In this document: positions 52,832 through 64,000 of the stretch, piece after piece
Layout: the number at the start of each line of letters is the position of its first letter
Numbering within the stretch: position 1 is the first letter of the stretch
Origin: Octopus vulgaris
Taxonomy: Eukaryota
NCBI GenBank assembly: GCA_951406725.2
Contig: OX597826.1
Coordinates: 47,926,001 to 47,990,000, forward strand
Reading direction: 5' to 3'
DNA: 64,000 nt
Notes under the pieces: model-generated
Told to the model about the DNA's origin: nothing
What the model saw: the letters and a program-made list of their open reading frames with translations, nothing else
The model's database searches: none
Translations under genes and position numbers: made by a program

Positions 52832-52878
52832 ATACATATATACATGCATATATATGCATATATATATGCATATATATA

Positions 52879-52941
<63 letters not shown>

Positions 52942-53144
52942 CTTCGTATAGTGTTTTCTGCTGGAAGAAAAGAATACCCAACATCATAGTTGAAGTTTAA
53001 AATACATAAATTGGGTCGAATTAGTCTCTTGCTACTCTGTGTTTCACTTCAGTATGCAAATCATCTTTGGCAGTTAATTATGTATGCATGCATATATATA
53101 TGTAAGTATGCATGCATGAATGCATTATATGTATATTTATCATT

Positions 53145-53274
53145 TAATAAACACAGGATTTAAAAGTGAGCAACAATAAGTTTCGTACAACAGTCGAACG
53201 AGCTTGTATAGTGTGCCATCTACTATGGGAAGAACGAAATTATAATCGCTCGCATTTAAATCCTGTGTGTATTA
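53145..53274. mobile_element. Small MITE-like element with imperfect inverted repeats of about 40 bp
   Basis: ACACAGGATTTAAA..GAGC..ATAA..TTTCGT mirrored by ACGAAATTAT..GCTC..TTTAAATCCTGTGT. Confidence 0.6.
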
Positions 53275-53663
53275 TATATTCGTCTCCCCCTCGATGGACT
53301 ATTTCTTTTGCTTTGATCCAATCAAAGAAGTAACAGCACCCTCTGAGTGTTTGTTTGTGTGTCTGTGTGTGGTTTTCTTGGTGTAGATTCTCGACAGCAA
53401 GAAATGTGTTCTGTTCTGCCTTCTTCCCTCATACTTTAACTTCTTTTCTTTTTTGTAAAAGTTTGGTTTACATCTCTTAGGTTGTCGTAGTCTTGAAGCA
53501 GTATAGTGGCCTTGCTAATGCCACAAAAATAACACACAGCACACGTCGTAAAGTGGATGACGTTAGGAAAAGTATGCAGCCATATAAACCATGCCAAAGT
53601 AGACAGTTGAACATGATGCCGGTCATAGACCCGTCGCAACCTATGAAATAATACAAAGAGGAA

Positions 53664-53696
<33 letters not shown>

Positions 53697-53739
53697 TAGA
53701 CCGAGACAGACAGATAAACAGATTGCTATGGATTAAATG

Positions 53740-54260
53740 CTATAAAATTTTAGCATGAAAAGTTCCCGAATGAATTTCCTGATCGAATTGAAAAAGATTA
53801 ATTACTGAAAAATTGAATTCATCCTCCAAAATAATTTTTTCAATCTCAGTAGCAGTATTTACAAATATGTCTGGGACAGTGATGGGAACGAAGATTGCTC
53901 CAAATTACGCTAATTTAGTCATAGCATACATAGAAGTAAAGTATATGAAAAATCTATACGAAGATATGACATAATCTTCCGTAAATATCTATCTGGTTAT
54001 TGGAAATATTGCTCGAATAATGTTAATCCTGCGAGCACATGGTCTTGACTAACTTAATAGTTTCAAAATTCTTATTAATAATATAAACAACAGTATAATT
54101 TTGACAATAGAATAAGGTCAAAAGTAAATTTCTTGGATATTTTAATCACATAAGATACAAACATCGAAACCTACGTTCACTACAAACCAACAAACTCTAA
54201 ACAATAATCATTCTTTGTTCGATTCCACCGAAAACATACCAAAACAAATAAACTGGATTA
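53740..54260 (+). mobile_element. Decayed Penelope-like reverse transcriptase fragment
   Basis: FILQNNFF, SGTVMGTKIAPNYANLVIAYIE, VNFLDILI, HYKPTNSKQ match the Penelope RT motifs GTAMGxxxAPxYANL, FLD and KPT. Confidence 0.8.
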
Positions 54261-54555
54261 TATAAACAAGGATCAAATAAATTCTGCTGTAGAGACAATA
54301 CTCGACAAAATTAACTGAGAACGAAAGCGATATCCAAGAAGGACGAAAACAATTCAAATACACGCAAAGACATTATCCGTCAAAATATTCCTTTATTGAC
54401 ACAAGACTCAAGGATGAAACAGTAACCAAAATACACAAAATAATCAAAATCGAAAGATAATCAAAGCCAGAAAATGTTTATTTACCAGTACTAAACATTA
54501 CTATTAGACAACATTGACAGTCGGTCTTGCTGCGGAACTTCCCTCATCATTTTTA

Positions 54556-54934
54556 GAAGCACTCCGTCGGTTACGACGACGAGGATTCCGGTTGATCCGA
54601 ATCAACGGAACAGCCTGCTCGTGAAATTAACATGTAAGTGGCTGAGCACTCCACAGACACGTGTACCCTTAACGTAGTTCTCGGGGATATTCAGCGTGAC
54701 ACAGAGAGTGACAAGGCCTTTGAAATACAGGTACAACAGAAACAGGAAGTAAGAGTGAGAGAAAGTTGTGGTGAAAGAGTACAGCAGGGATCACCACCAC
54801 CCCCTGCCGGAGCCTCGTGGAGCTTTCAGGTGTTTTCGCTCAATAAACACTCACAACGCCCAGTCTGGGAATCGAAACCGCGATCCTACGACCGCGAGTC
54901 CGCTGCCCTAACCACTGGGCCATTGCGCCTCCAC
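54556..54934 (-). mobile_element. Young full-length SINE family C, tail Y
   Basis: Intact head and tail; a tail fragment also occurs at 51232-51302. Confidence 0.92.
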
Positions 54935-55299
54935 TCCATCATCATTATAAGATACACATCATATAAATTTAAGTTAGGACATAATTTGACATTAAAAAAA
55001 TCATGTCGCCTGTTAACCGAAAGATTTAATTTATGCTGTGAAATGTGGAGAAAGCAAATATAAAAATGATGATGATAATGATGATGATGAGCATCATCAT
55101 TGTCATGGTCTTTCTCCTCCCATCATCATAATTAGGAGGGACAAGACAGAGAAAAAGAATGGAAAAGCGATTGAAGAAGAAAATGATGGTAGTAATGATG
55201 ATGATGGTGATTATGTTAGGGACGATGATGATGACTACAATGACTACGGCGACGACCAATGACGACGACCACGACGACCACAACGATGATGATGATGAG

Positions 55300-55627
55300 G
55301 AGGAGGATGATGACAGTGGTGGTGGTGGTGATGGAGGTGATGGAGATGGTGGTGATGGAGATGGAGATGGTGGTGATGGAGGTGGTGGAAATGGAGGTAG
55401 TGGTGATGGAGGTGATGGTGACAGTGGTGGTGGAGAGGGAGGTGGTGGAGATGGAGGTGCTGATGAAGGTGGTGGAAATGGAAGTGGTGGTGATGGAAGT
55501 GGTGGAGATGGAGGTGGTGGAGATGGAAGTGGTGGTGATGGAAGTGGTGGTGACGGAGGTGGTGGAGATGGAGGTGGTGGAGACGGAGGTGATGGTGGTG
55601 GTGGTGGTGGTGGTGGTGGTGGTGGTG
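55300..55627 (+). repeat. G-rich minisatellite, about 15 bp unit GATGGAGGTGGTGG(A/T), ending in (GGT)n
   Basis: Directly visible. Confidence 0.9.
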
Positions 55628-56237
55628 CCGCACAGATTCAAATGCCTTAGTCTTACAGAACACGTCAGGTGACGGGGAGGCAAATCAAAGTTGATTTGGT
55701 AAAACTTTAGTTAAGCAATATTCCAAAATTTGGTTTCAAAATAGCATTTCTTAAGACCAGTTAGCTGTCGACACACAATTACCTGAGCTGGTTTTATATC
55801 TAAAACATTTAAGAATTAAGTAGGAAACATTTAAAAAATAATTAAAATTATTTCTAACCTGAAGGTCGAAGGAGATTTCTAAACTTAAATTAAACATTTT
55901 TCAGTATTTATTTTCCTTCCATATTTTTAAAACCTGATATTGTTTTTCCTGTTACGCAGGGTGCAACAAACAACGTTAAAACTTTAGTTAAATGTTGGCA
56001 CCCTCATCACTTGCCTAAGTTTACCGAGGCCATAGCAATCGTTGCGTAAAATAAGGGAGGATTTCACAGTCGAAACCTATATAATGACTTAGACGAAGTT
56101 TAAACATTCTTAGTTTGTTGCAGAGAAATCTTTTTTAAATTTACGAATATTTGGTATTTCCTTACATTTCTGCTTGTTTGTTGCTCACAAGATCTGTACG
56201 TGGCAGGTTAGTTATTTCCTCACGAAGAAAGAGGAGA

Positions 56238-56302
<65 letters not shown>

Positions 56303-56444
56303 TAATAATAATGATAATAATAATAGCAACAACAAGAGCAACAACAGAAAACATTTAGTTTTAGATTATTTCCAGATTTAAAAAATAATATCCAGAACAA
56401 ATTCATATTTTCTGTTCATTGGCTTCTTCATATAAATAAATGAA

Positions 56445-56480
<36 letters not shown>

Positions 56481-56630
56481 ACAGGAATGTTCCGAAAAGT
56501 TTTGAAATGAAACTAGTAGTTTATGTTTTTTTTCATTACTTGAAGAATAAAGCTGTCAAACATATTCATACGATGATCGTGAGGATGATATATGTATCTC
56601 CCTCTCTTTCTCTCTATCTCTCTTTATATA

Positions 56631-57168
56631 TCTATTATATAAAATCCGTTCTGTTTGTGTGTTTATGTTCTAGGATCTCGGGCATCCTCCATCCGATTGC
56701 GCTCAAATTTGATATGTAAATACCGACGGTATCAGGGCGTGTACAAGTCTTGAAAAAAATCACAAAAATCGATTCCAGATGAGAATGCAATCGATAAAGC
56801 CGATTTTGTCTTGCTTTACTTCCGTCAACCTGTATATAACTGCACCTTCCCTTTTTTGTTGTTTTTGTACTGCTTCTTTCCTGCCAAGCTTACTGTTTAA
56901 ACCATGATTGTGTTCTCCCAGTCAACAGCCTTATCATTACTGGTACTTTAAACTCTTTGTTTGCATATTTGTGTGAATAAAATCGTTTTTCATTGGAAAA
57001 GAAAAAAGTATATCTTTATTTCTTCTTTTGCTGGTGTCTCAAATTTTGATTAAATCAGTGTTTCTCGAAGGGGAGGCCTATGGGATGGTCGAAGAAGTTG
57101 TTTTGAGAAAATTTGGTTTAAATGTTTGACAGCTCAGCACCGTCCATTGGACGGGGGTGTTTTGCTCG
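56631..57168 (+). mobile_element. Non-autonomous Helitron
   Basis: A|TCTATTATATAAAA 5' end; subterminal hairpin CCGTCC-ATT-GGACGG at 57140-57154; CTCG|T end (variant of CTAG); no TSD. Confidence 0.75.
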
Positions 57169-57224
57169 TATAGATATAAACACACACACACGCACATATA
57201 TATTAAATATATTAATATATATAT

Positions 57225-57835
57225 TTACCCTGCGCGCGTAAGTGAAAGCAGAATATTGTAATCACTCATCTTTGTCTGTTTGTCTGTGTGTTTGCAAAAT
57301 TACTGTAAAACAGCTGAATGGATTTTCACCCCATTTGGTAGAAATACTCATTGAGTGAGTGGCTCAAAATGATGAACATATTTATTTTGCTCACTTTCTT
57401 TTTCATATAAATCGACCCACGTCTGCGTATGTATAGGGTCATGGTGTACCAATGCACGTAGACACGCGTGGGTACATACATAGATATATAAATACATACA
57501 TAGGTATGCGATTGTGTGTGTGTATGAGAGAGAATGTGTATGTGTGTGTCTGCATGCGTAAGTATGTGTGTGTGCGTGTGTGTGTGTGTAAGTGTGTGTA
57601 CAGTGATGGATTCGAGGGTTTCGTTTATTTATGGCTTGATTTCTTAATTTCACCGGAGCATAAATACCTATAGTGGTGATACTTCAAGAAAAAAAAATTT
57701 AATTAAAAAATTCGAACTTACAAATTAACCGATAAGCAAGTGGTCATATTATTTTGTTCACTTTCTTTTTCATATGAATCGACCCTCGACTGCGTGTACA
57801 TAGATCATGGTGTACTTATGCACGTAGACACATAC
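57225..57835 (+). repeat. DINE/HINE-like fragment followed by a diverged direct repeat of about 90 bp
   Basis: GTCTGTTTGTCTGT..GGATTTTCACC..ATTTGG motif; 57377-57466 and 57746-57831 are homologous. Confidence 0.45.
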
Positions 57836-58214
57836 ATGCATGTTCTTTGCCACTTCCTTTCTCTCATTGCTATTGCTCTCACTACTTCTCCTTCACTGAA
57901 TTACTATTTTCTTACCATTCACTTATACTGCTCTTTCTCCTGCTCCGTGATTTTGGACAAATACACACACACACACACACACACAGAGAGAAATATATAG
58001 AAACACTGCGCTCATTATTATATTAGATGTCTATGAATAGACTTTTTTAGACAAAATCACAGCAGCATGCTTTTCTACGGTTTATATACATTTAGCATGA
58101 TACACAGATGGCTATTTTAATTTAATGCTGTTGCAATAGCATTCACCCAGTTTTATGTATGGGTACATACATACATAAATACATACATACATACATAAAT
58201 ACATGCATACATAC

Positions 58215-58795
58215 AAACCTCACTAATATGTAACCACAATGGACTTGATATAATGATTTGGGAGAGAGAAGAGAAACAGTGTACAGTTGTTGAAATCAGC
58301 TACCTAGCGGATGCTAACATAAAACTGAGGATCAGTGAAAAAGAGAATACCTACGCTGAACTATTGAGTAATTTGTAGTTACTCTATTCATATTACAAGT
58401 TCTGGTTTACACCTGTAATTATTGGGGTACTAGGGTATGTAACGCTCTGCCTAAATACCAATCTTGAGAAATTAGGTTTCTCAAAACCAGAAAGGAGAAA
58501 GCTGATTCAAAGACAACAGATCCAAGCCATCACTGGAATTGTGAAAATCTGTAAAACTTTCCAGACGGTTATCATTTAAGTTTATATGAACCTGTCTAGA
58601 TATGCAAGTAAATGCATGAGAAGACACTCATAAAACAAAGCATACAAATCTGCACGTATACGTACATACATACATGCATACAAAAATACCCTGTTGTTGA
58701 TGTTGAAATTCTAATGAAGGACCTTTGGATCTAGATTAGAAACTGGCTCTTTCTCTATTAGCAAGAAATCTTGAAATAAAACTGAATAATGACAT
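58215..58795 (+). mobile_element. 3' fragment of an RLE-type non-LTR retrotransposon (second lineage)
   Basis: CNHNGLDIMIWEREEKQCTVVEISY..EKENTYAELL..TPVIIGVLGYV..LEKLGFS..ITGIVKICKTF, a PD-(D/E)xK-type endonuclease remnant, plus 3' UTR. Confidence 0.8.
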
Positions 58796-60240
58796 AAAAA
58801 TATACATACATATGCCACGGGTATCTGCCTGTTTCCATCTACCAAATCCACTTACAAGTCTCTTGTCTGCCCCGGGGTTATAGTAAAAGGTGCTATGCAG
58901 TGAGGCTGAACCCAAGACCATGTGGTTACAAAGCCACCGTCTTTACCACAAACCCATACCTGCAACTTTTCATTCCTGCCAGTCTTGTGTTAAAGAAATC
59001 AATATTACTTGTACGATAGACACAGAAGACTAAAATCTTTTACAGCATTTCAATTTCATCTTCCATTGTTTACGGTTCAAATCCTATGGGAATCAACATT
59101 GTTGTTCTTAAACCTCACTCGAGGGCAATAAAGTCGGTACTACTGAAATATATTGAATCAGCCCAACCCATCTCCTACAAAATTTTGACCTCGTTCTTGA
59201 TTCGAAGATATAATTATTGTTTGCACATGATTTAGATCGAAAAGATAAAAAGAAAAAAAAAATCTTCGGGGTTTCGAGGGAAGAATTTCCACTATCTGGT
59301 TCTATTTTTCTGATTTCCACAAACAAAAGAGGTTAAAATTCTTATTATTTATGAAACATAATTGTAAGAGGTGGCATTATTCCAGAGATTTAAACTCGAT
59401 TCTCTTTCAGGTAAGTGACTATTACAATTCCTGCCATAAATCTTTATCATTGGTTCCGACGAAACCATTTTCTGATATAACAAACAAAACACAAAAAAAG
59501 ACGTATAACGAAAAAAAAAGTGTAAACTTTATACAAGAAATTTAGGCTGAAGGCATTATTTCTGTCATTTCTTAAGTTGAAATCATTATTATTTATCCAA
59601 TTATGTAGTTATTACTAATCTTGCTAGAAAATAAGCTAATAACAGTATGAAGCTAACATCAGTCATCTGAGTGGCTTTGTTTTATCTAAAATTGATATGT
59701 CTAGAGTAGCATGAAAATATTGTAGCAGGCGGTAATTTTTTTATGATAGCCTGCAAATACATAAACTGCTTCGAATTATTTATCAATAGATTTATCTATC
59801 AACAGATTTTATCAAAAGAATTATCACATATTTATCAATGTATTTTATCATTGTAATTATATTTGTGTTATTCATGAATCATTAATCTGCATAATCAACA
59901 GTTAAAGAGTGATTTTTCCCTAAAATCGATAGCACCAAATAAATTATTACATACTTACCGATAATTCCAATGTCAAGAATGTAGACGCCATGAAAAAAGT
60001 TTCATATAGTCGTTCCTAGAGTAGTGTGTCATTTTTCCAGACAATTAATTTCATCTTTTGTATGTCTGTTTTCTTCTACTCTCTTCTGATCTATGTATTC
60101 TTCTGTCGTCTTTGTATACAAATTTTTATATGTTTGTACATCTATTTATATCAATGGTCGTGTTCTTTGTCTCAGATTGAACTCGCAGTCTATAATTGAA
60201 GTCATCTAGCATGAGATTCTAGGGGTTTTATTCAAATCAC

Positions 60241-60950
60241 TGTTGGACAGGCACTTGTTTATATATTCAGTCTTGGCCTCATTGAGGTAAAGACCTACAC
60301 AATTTGAGGCTTGTTCGAGAGATTGTAAAAACAGACTGGACATTAGAACTCTCAACAATGCGCCCTTAAATATGGTTTCTGATTACAAATATCTTGGGTC
60401 ATACATATCATCATCTGGAAAAGATTTTCTAACTAGAAAGGGTATGGCCTGGTCAGCCTGTAATGACATGCATAAGATCTGGTCATCAAATCTAAGTAGA
60501 GACTTCAAACTTGAAATCTTCAAAGCCACAGTCGAACCAATTCTACTATATGGCTCAGAAACCTAGACGTTATCAAAGAAGCTTGAGAGGTGGTTGGATG
60601 GAACCTACACTCGCCTCCTTATGAGAGCTCAAAATCTCTCGTGGAAGCGCCATCCAACCAAAATGCAAATATATGGGAAACTACCACCTGTGTCATCTCT
60701 TGTGAAAGGTAGGAGAGTCCAGTTTGCTGGACATTGTTGTAGAGCTGAAAAAGACGTAATTTCTACTCTCCTCCTCTGGGAGCCATCTACTCGCAATGCC
60801 AGAGGGCGTACACTCTCCTACCCTGATGTAATCTCCAGGGATACAGGCATCCAGCAACAGGACCTCCGTAATGTCATGATGGACCGTGAAGTCTGGCGTA
60901 GTATGGTAAATTCCATTGTCTCGACCACGGTTGAACAATGATGATGATGG
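60241..60950 (+). mobile_element. 5'-truncated, 5'-inverted RTE-like LINE insertion with 14 bp TSD
   Basis: 60339-60941 encodes YKYLGS..ATVEPILLYGSET*TL..RRVQFAGHC..DREVWRSMV with one stop; (TGA)n tail; TSD TTTATTCAAATCAC at 60227-60240 and 60951-60964; 60241-60338 is upstream RT sequence in reverse orientation. Confidence 0.93.
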
Positions 60951-61350
60951 TTTATTCAAATCACAGCTATGATAGTTTTAACTGAAGCAAATAGTACTTA
61001 TATTGGCTGCAAAACCAGAAAAGTCATGGGTTCCAGACTATCAGCCCAAAGGATTATGTTTAAACCCCCAACATATTTCTACCGATATTTTATCGTTCAT
61101 AGGGCCAACACCTTTAATTGTACATACTTTAGTTTATTTTGATGTTTGGAAATAGGTACCAGATCATTAAGGAATGCAATTTCTGATCTGATATTCTATC
61201 CAATGGAACAGATGTATTTAACATCTGTTCAGCACCCCCTGACACTATACCTGCGTTATTACATTCACAGAAAGTCATCTTGTAGCTTAAACATACATTT
61301 CGGACTGGAATATATTCAGAAACAGAATGCTAAAAGTGGGTTCGACTATA

Positions 61351-61855
61351 TCTATATATATAAAACTGTAGTTGTGTGAGTGTCTGTCCCCTTCGATTTA
61401 GATTCCTAACTACTCCCACATTCTGCGGTGCAGTTTAACCAAAACCGGGTATCTTATAGTCGTGATTCATATCGAGCCCGTCTGGGTATTAGCGCGCGTC
61501 TACGATTTTAAAAATAATTTAACATCATTTTTTATTCCATTTTAATGCATAATTTTTTCGTGTGTCGATGGCGGCGGAGTTGGCGTCCATGGTCACACCT
61601 GCACCTGTGTTTGCTTCTCCCCCTTCTTCCCTCCCTCGTGAAGCTGTGGGGAAGGGAGTGTAAGGAAATCAACGTCGTAAAGCGTTGTCAAGGAGACCAG
61701 CGTTCTTTTAGAACAACGACTTCATGGCTTGAAGACACCAAAACAGAAATGGTTAAGAAAGCCCGAATTGGCATCTATAAGGGAAGTAACTCTCTAAAAA
61801 TGCTTGTATAGTTATTTCCCTTACAAACCCGAGCAACGCCGGGCGATACTGCTAG
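61351..61855 (+). mobile_element. Non-autonomous Helitron
   Basis: A|TCTATATATATAAAA 5' end; hairpin CCCGAGCAACGCCGGG; CTAG|T 3' end. Confidence 0.88.
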
Positions 61856-62934
61856 TAACTTTATAACTTTTGAAAAACAGCACAAAAGAATATGAACAAA
61901 AATAACGAGAAATCCAAAAAAAAAATTGCCAATTTTATAATATTTAATGTCAATGAAAATAACCAGCATCAGTGTTGCTATATCAACAGTATTGGAACCT
62001 AATACTGGAGCTTAGAATCAGTTTCTTTATAAGTTAATCCAAAAAGGAAGGGATGCCTCATCTCATTGAAGAATATTTCAGATGGGTGAGAATGATACGG
62101 TTGATGTCTAATTTGAACTTCACATTAATGTTGATAACTCTAGAGTAGCCTGCCGCTATCGACACACTCCTCTGAACTCTTTGATTATTTTCATTCTCTA
62201 TTCCCAAAGGGGAATCTTTCTCAAAATATTATAAGATTATTAAACAACCAATGTCTTATGCATGTAGGAGGTATTTGGCGCAGGAAGTTTATTGAGGGTT
62301 ATTTTCTTAGGCACGAGAACCAATATACATTCAGTTGTACAGGGGTTGCAGTGTTTCTCGCTATCTAACTAGGAGTGTGCCCAAGCTAGTATTGTTCCAT
62401 ACTGTTATCAGTTTATTTTCTAGGAAAATAAGGTAATACGATAATTTTTCTTTTAGTTATTTTTCCTAAATTCTCTATTGCATTGCTCAAAGCATTTTTC
62501 ATGCATTTATTTCATATAATAATGTTAATGAATCTTTTGATTAATGTTCTCAGAAGAAAAAAAGACTTGAGTGGGAAGAGGATTCCAGAATATGGTGGAG
62601 AAAGAACGAAAAGTATTGGAGAAGTATTGAAGTATTTAACTTCTCTTTAGAAGTTAGATGAGTAAATACAAATACTGATTGGTCGGTGAGGCCATAGACA
62701 TTATATATGGGTGGGGATTGTGTATACATGTGTGAGAGAGAGAGAGTACATATATATATATGTGTATATATAACCGTTGGTGAGCTTTGTTATATGATAA
62801 CAAGCGATTACATCATACAGAAACCAGAATCAGCAAAAAGATGAACTTTGCTGATAAAAAAAGACAAACGAAGGATTTCTCTCAAAAACAGAGTCGTGAA
62901 ACTCTGAACAAAAAGATGCTGGAATGCTATCAGC

Positions 62935-62974
<40 letters not shown>

Positions 62975-63149
62975 TATAACTACTGCTACTATAAACACGG
63001 AGGCATACATACACACAGACACGTACAGGTACACATATAAACATATGCAGACACACACACACACACATATATTTTTTTTGCTGGTGTCGGATTCTAAATA
63101 TTAAAACATTTCCAGATAAATTTACTGCTTTATTTGTGGTCGACTCAGC

Positions 63150-63590
63150 CATTCTTGGAAGTATATATACCTATTAGCTGCGGTATCTCTGGAGTATATT
63201 TACGGCATATAGTGTTTGCAAAATTTTAAAGTCTTGTATATGTAGGTCGTAGTTTCTGAGGATTGTTTCTATAGAAATGAGAATCTGCATACTTTCATCT
63301 GTACATTTGATGCAGAATTTATTGTTACGTGACTACGAGTGTGCCAAAAGTGGTATGTTTCATCGTAGGTTTCTGGAATTCCCTGGTTTCTAGGCTCCAA
63401 ATGTAACTTGATAACGCCGTTTTTTAGCTTCTACTTGAGTTGGTACAAACGTAGCTTGAAAGTAGAAAAGGTCAGCTCTCTATAAGCTTTCGGTATTTAT
63501 TAGTTTAGCACGGAGCTTTTTAAAGTTATACTTTTTTATACAGTTAGAGTTGAATGAAAACATATTCGAGTTGTGGCAGTTGTAGTTTTT
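63150..63590 (-). mobile_element. Very decayed Penelope-like GIY-YIG region
   Basis: Minus strand pieces NCHNSNM..NSNCIKK, STFKLR, TALSSYIWSL resemble Penelope endonuclease motifs. Confidence 0.45.
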
Positions 63591-63678
63591 TTTTTTTTTT
63601 TGTAGGTGCTTGTGTGTCGAATTGATTCAACTTAGAGTGCTTGACGAAAATAAGAGGAGTACGAAGTAATATTGTTTA

Positions 63679-63896
63679 CAAAGGGGTGCTGGAAAGTTCC
63701 TGGCTCTAAGGGTATCAAGAAAGGCCTCACAGCAGGCCCAATCTTCCGAGTCCTTATAATAGGGTTTAGAAAAACAGAAGGACCACTACAATGAGTGTGT
63801 GAATCTAAGAGGAGAATATTTTAAATAAAATCATAATTAACTGACCCTCCTGTATTTTCTTTTACCCAAAGCCAGGAACTTTTCGGCACCCTCTCG
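63679..63896 (+). mobile_element. Mariner deletion derivative (MITE, about 218 bp)
   Basis: TIRs CAAAGGGGTGCTGGAAAGTTCCTGGCT and CGAGAGGGTGCCGAAAAGTTCCTGGCT; left TA; retains GLEK..ECVNLRGEYF, the transposase C-terminus. Confidence 0.85.
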
Positions 63897-64000
63897 AATA
63901 TAATCTACAAACACACTTTGCTACTTCTCAATTTATTTTCTGTCCTTGTGATTGAATGCACAGGTATTTTGTTTCGTAACTTCCAAACATAGTCTTACCT

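Noticed and set aside
54860-54934. tRNA-like sequences here and at 6245-6316, 12221-12295 and 51447-51515
   Set aside because: They are SINE heads that continue into repeat bodies and lack a complete acceptor stem; not called as tRNA genes.
55159-55683. Gly/Asp-, His- or Thr-rich ORFs resembling structural proteins
   Set aside because: A triplet minisatellite open in several frames on both strands, with no signal peptide or splice support.
55961-56048. Plus-strand acceptor followed by 28 open codons (GATNNVKTLVKCWHPHH...)
   Set aside because: Isolated, unrecognised, and without partner exons.

Overview
AT-rich, microsatellite-saturated animal genomic DNA, intronic or intergenic. From the SINE families and simple-repeat profile it is most likely a cephalopod, probably Octopus; that is inference from recall, not a database result. 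I cannot identify a host protein-coding gene with confidence, and nearly all ORFs in the track are translations of simple repeats. The window is a layered record of mobile DNA: four tRNA-headed SINE families (labelled A-D here); a full-length inactive Tc1-type transposon with DD36E spacing; a decayed DD34D mariner; mariner-, piggyBac- and palindromic MITEs; two non-autonomous Helitrons; restriction-like-endonuclease (R4/Dong-like) LINE ends in (TAA)n tracts; RTE LINE fragments; and Penelope-like fragments with minimal hammerhead-like motifs. Most notable: (1) a SINE that forms head-to-tail concatemers joined at a recurrent point in its own tRNA-like hairpin; (2) an RTE insertion with a 5' inversion of twin-priming geometry; (3) a 1.5 kb two-component CCGG/A-tract satellite inside a SINE; (4) the DD36E element; (5) scattered minus-strand exon-like segments that hint at a large spliced transcript. 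Boundaries of degenerate repeats are approximate.
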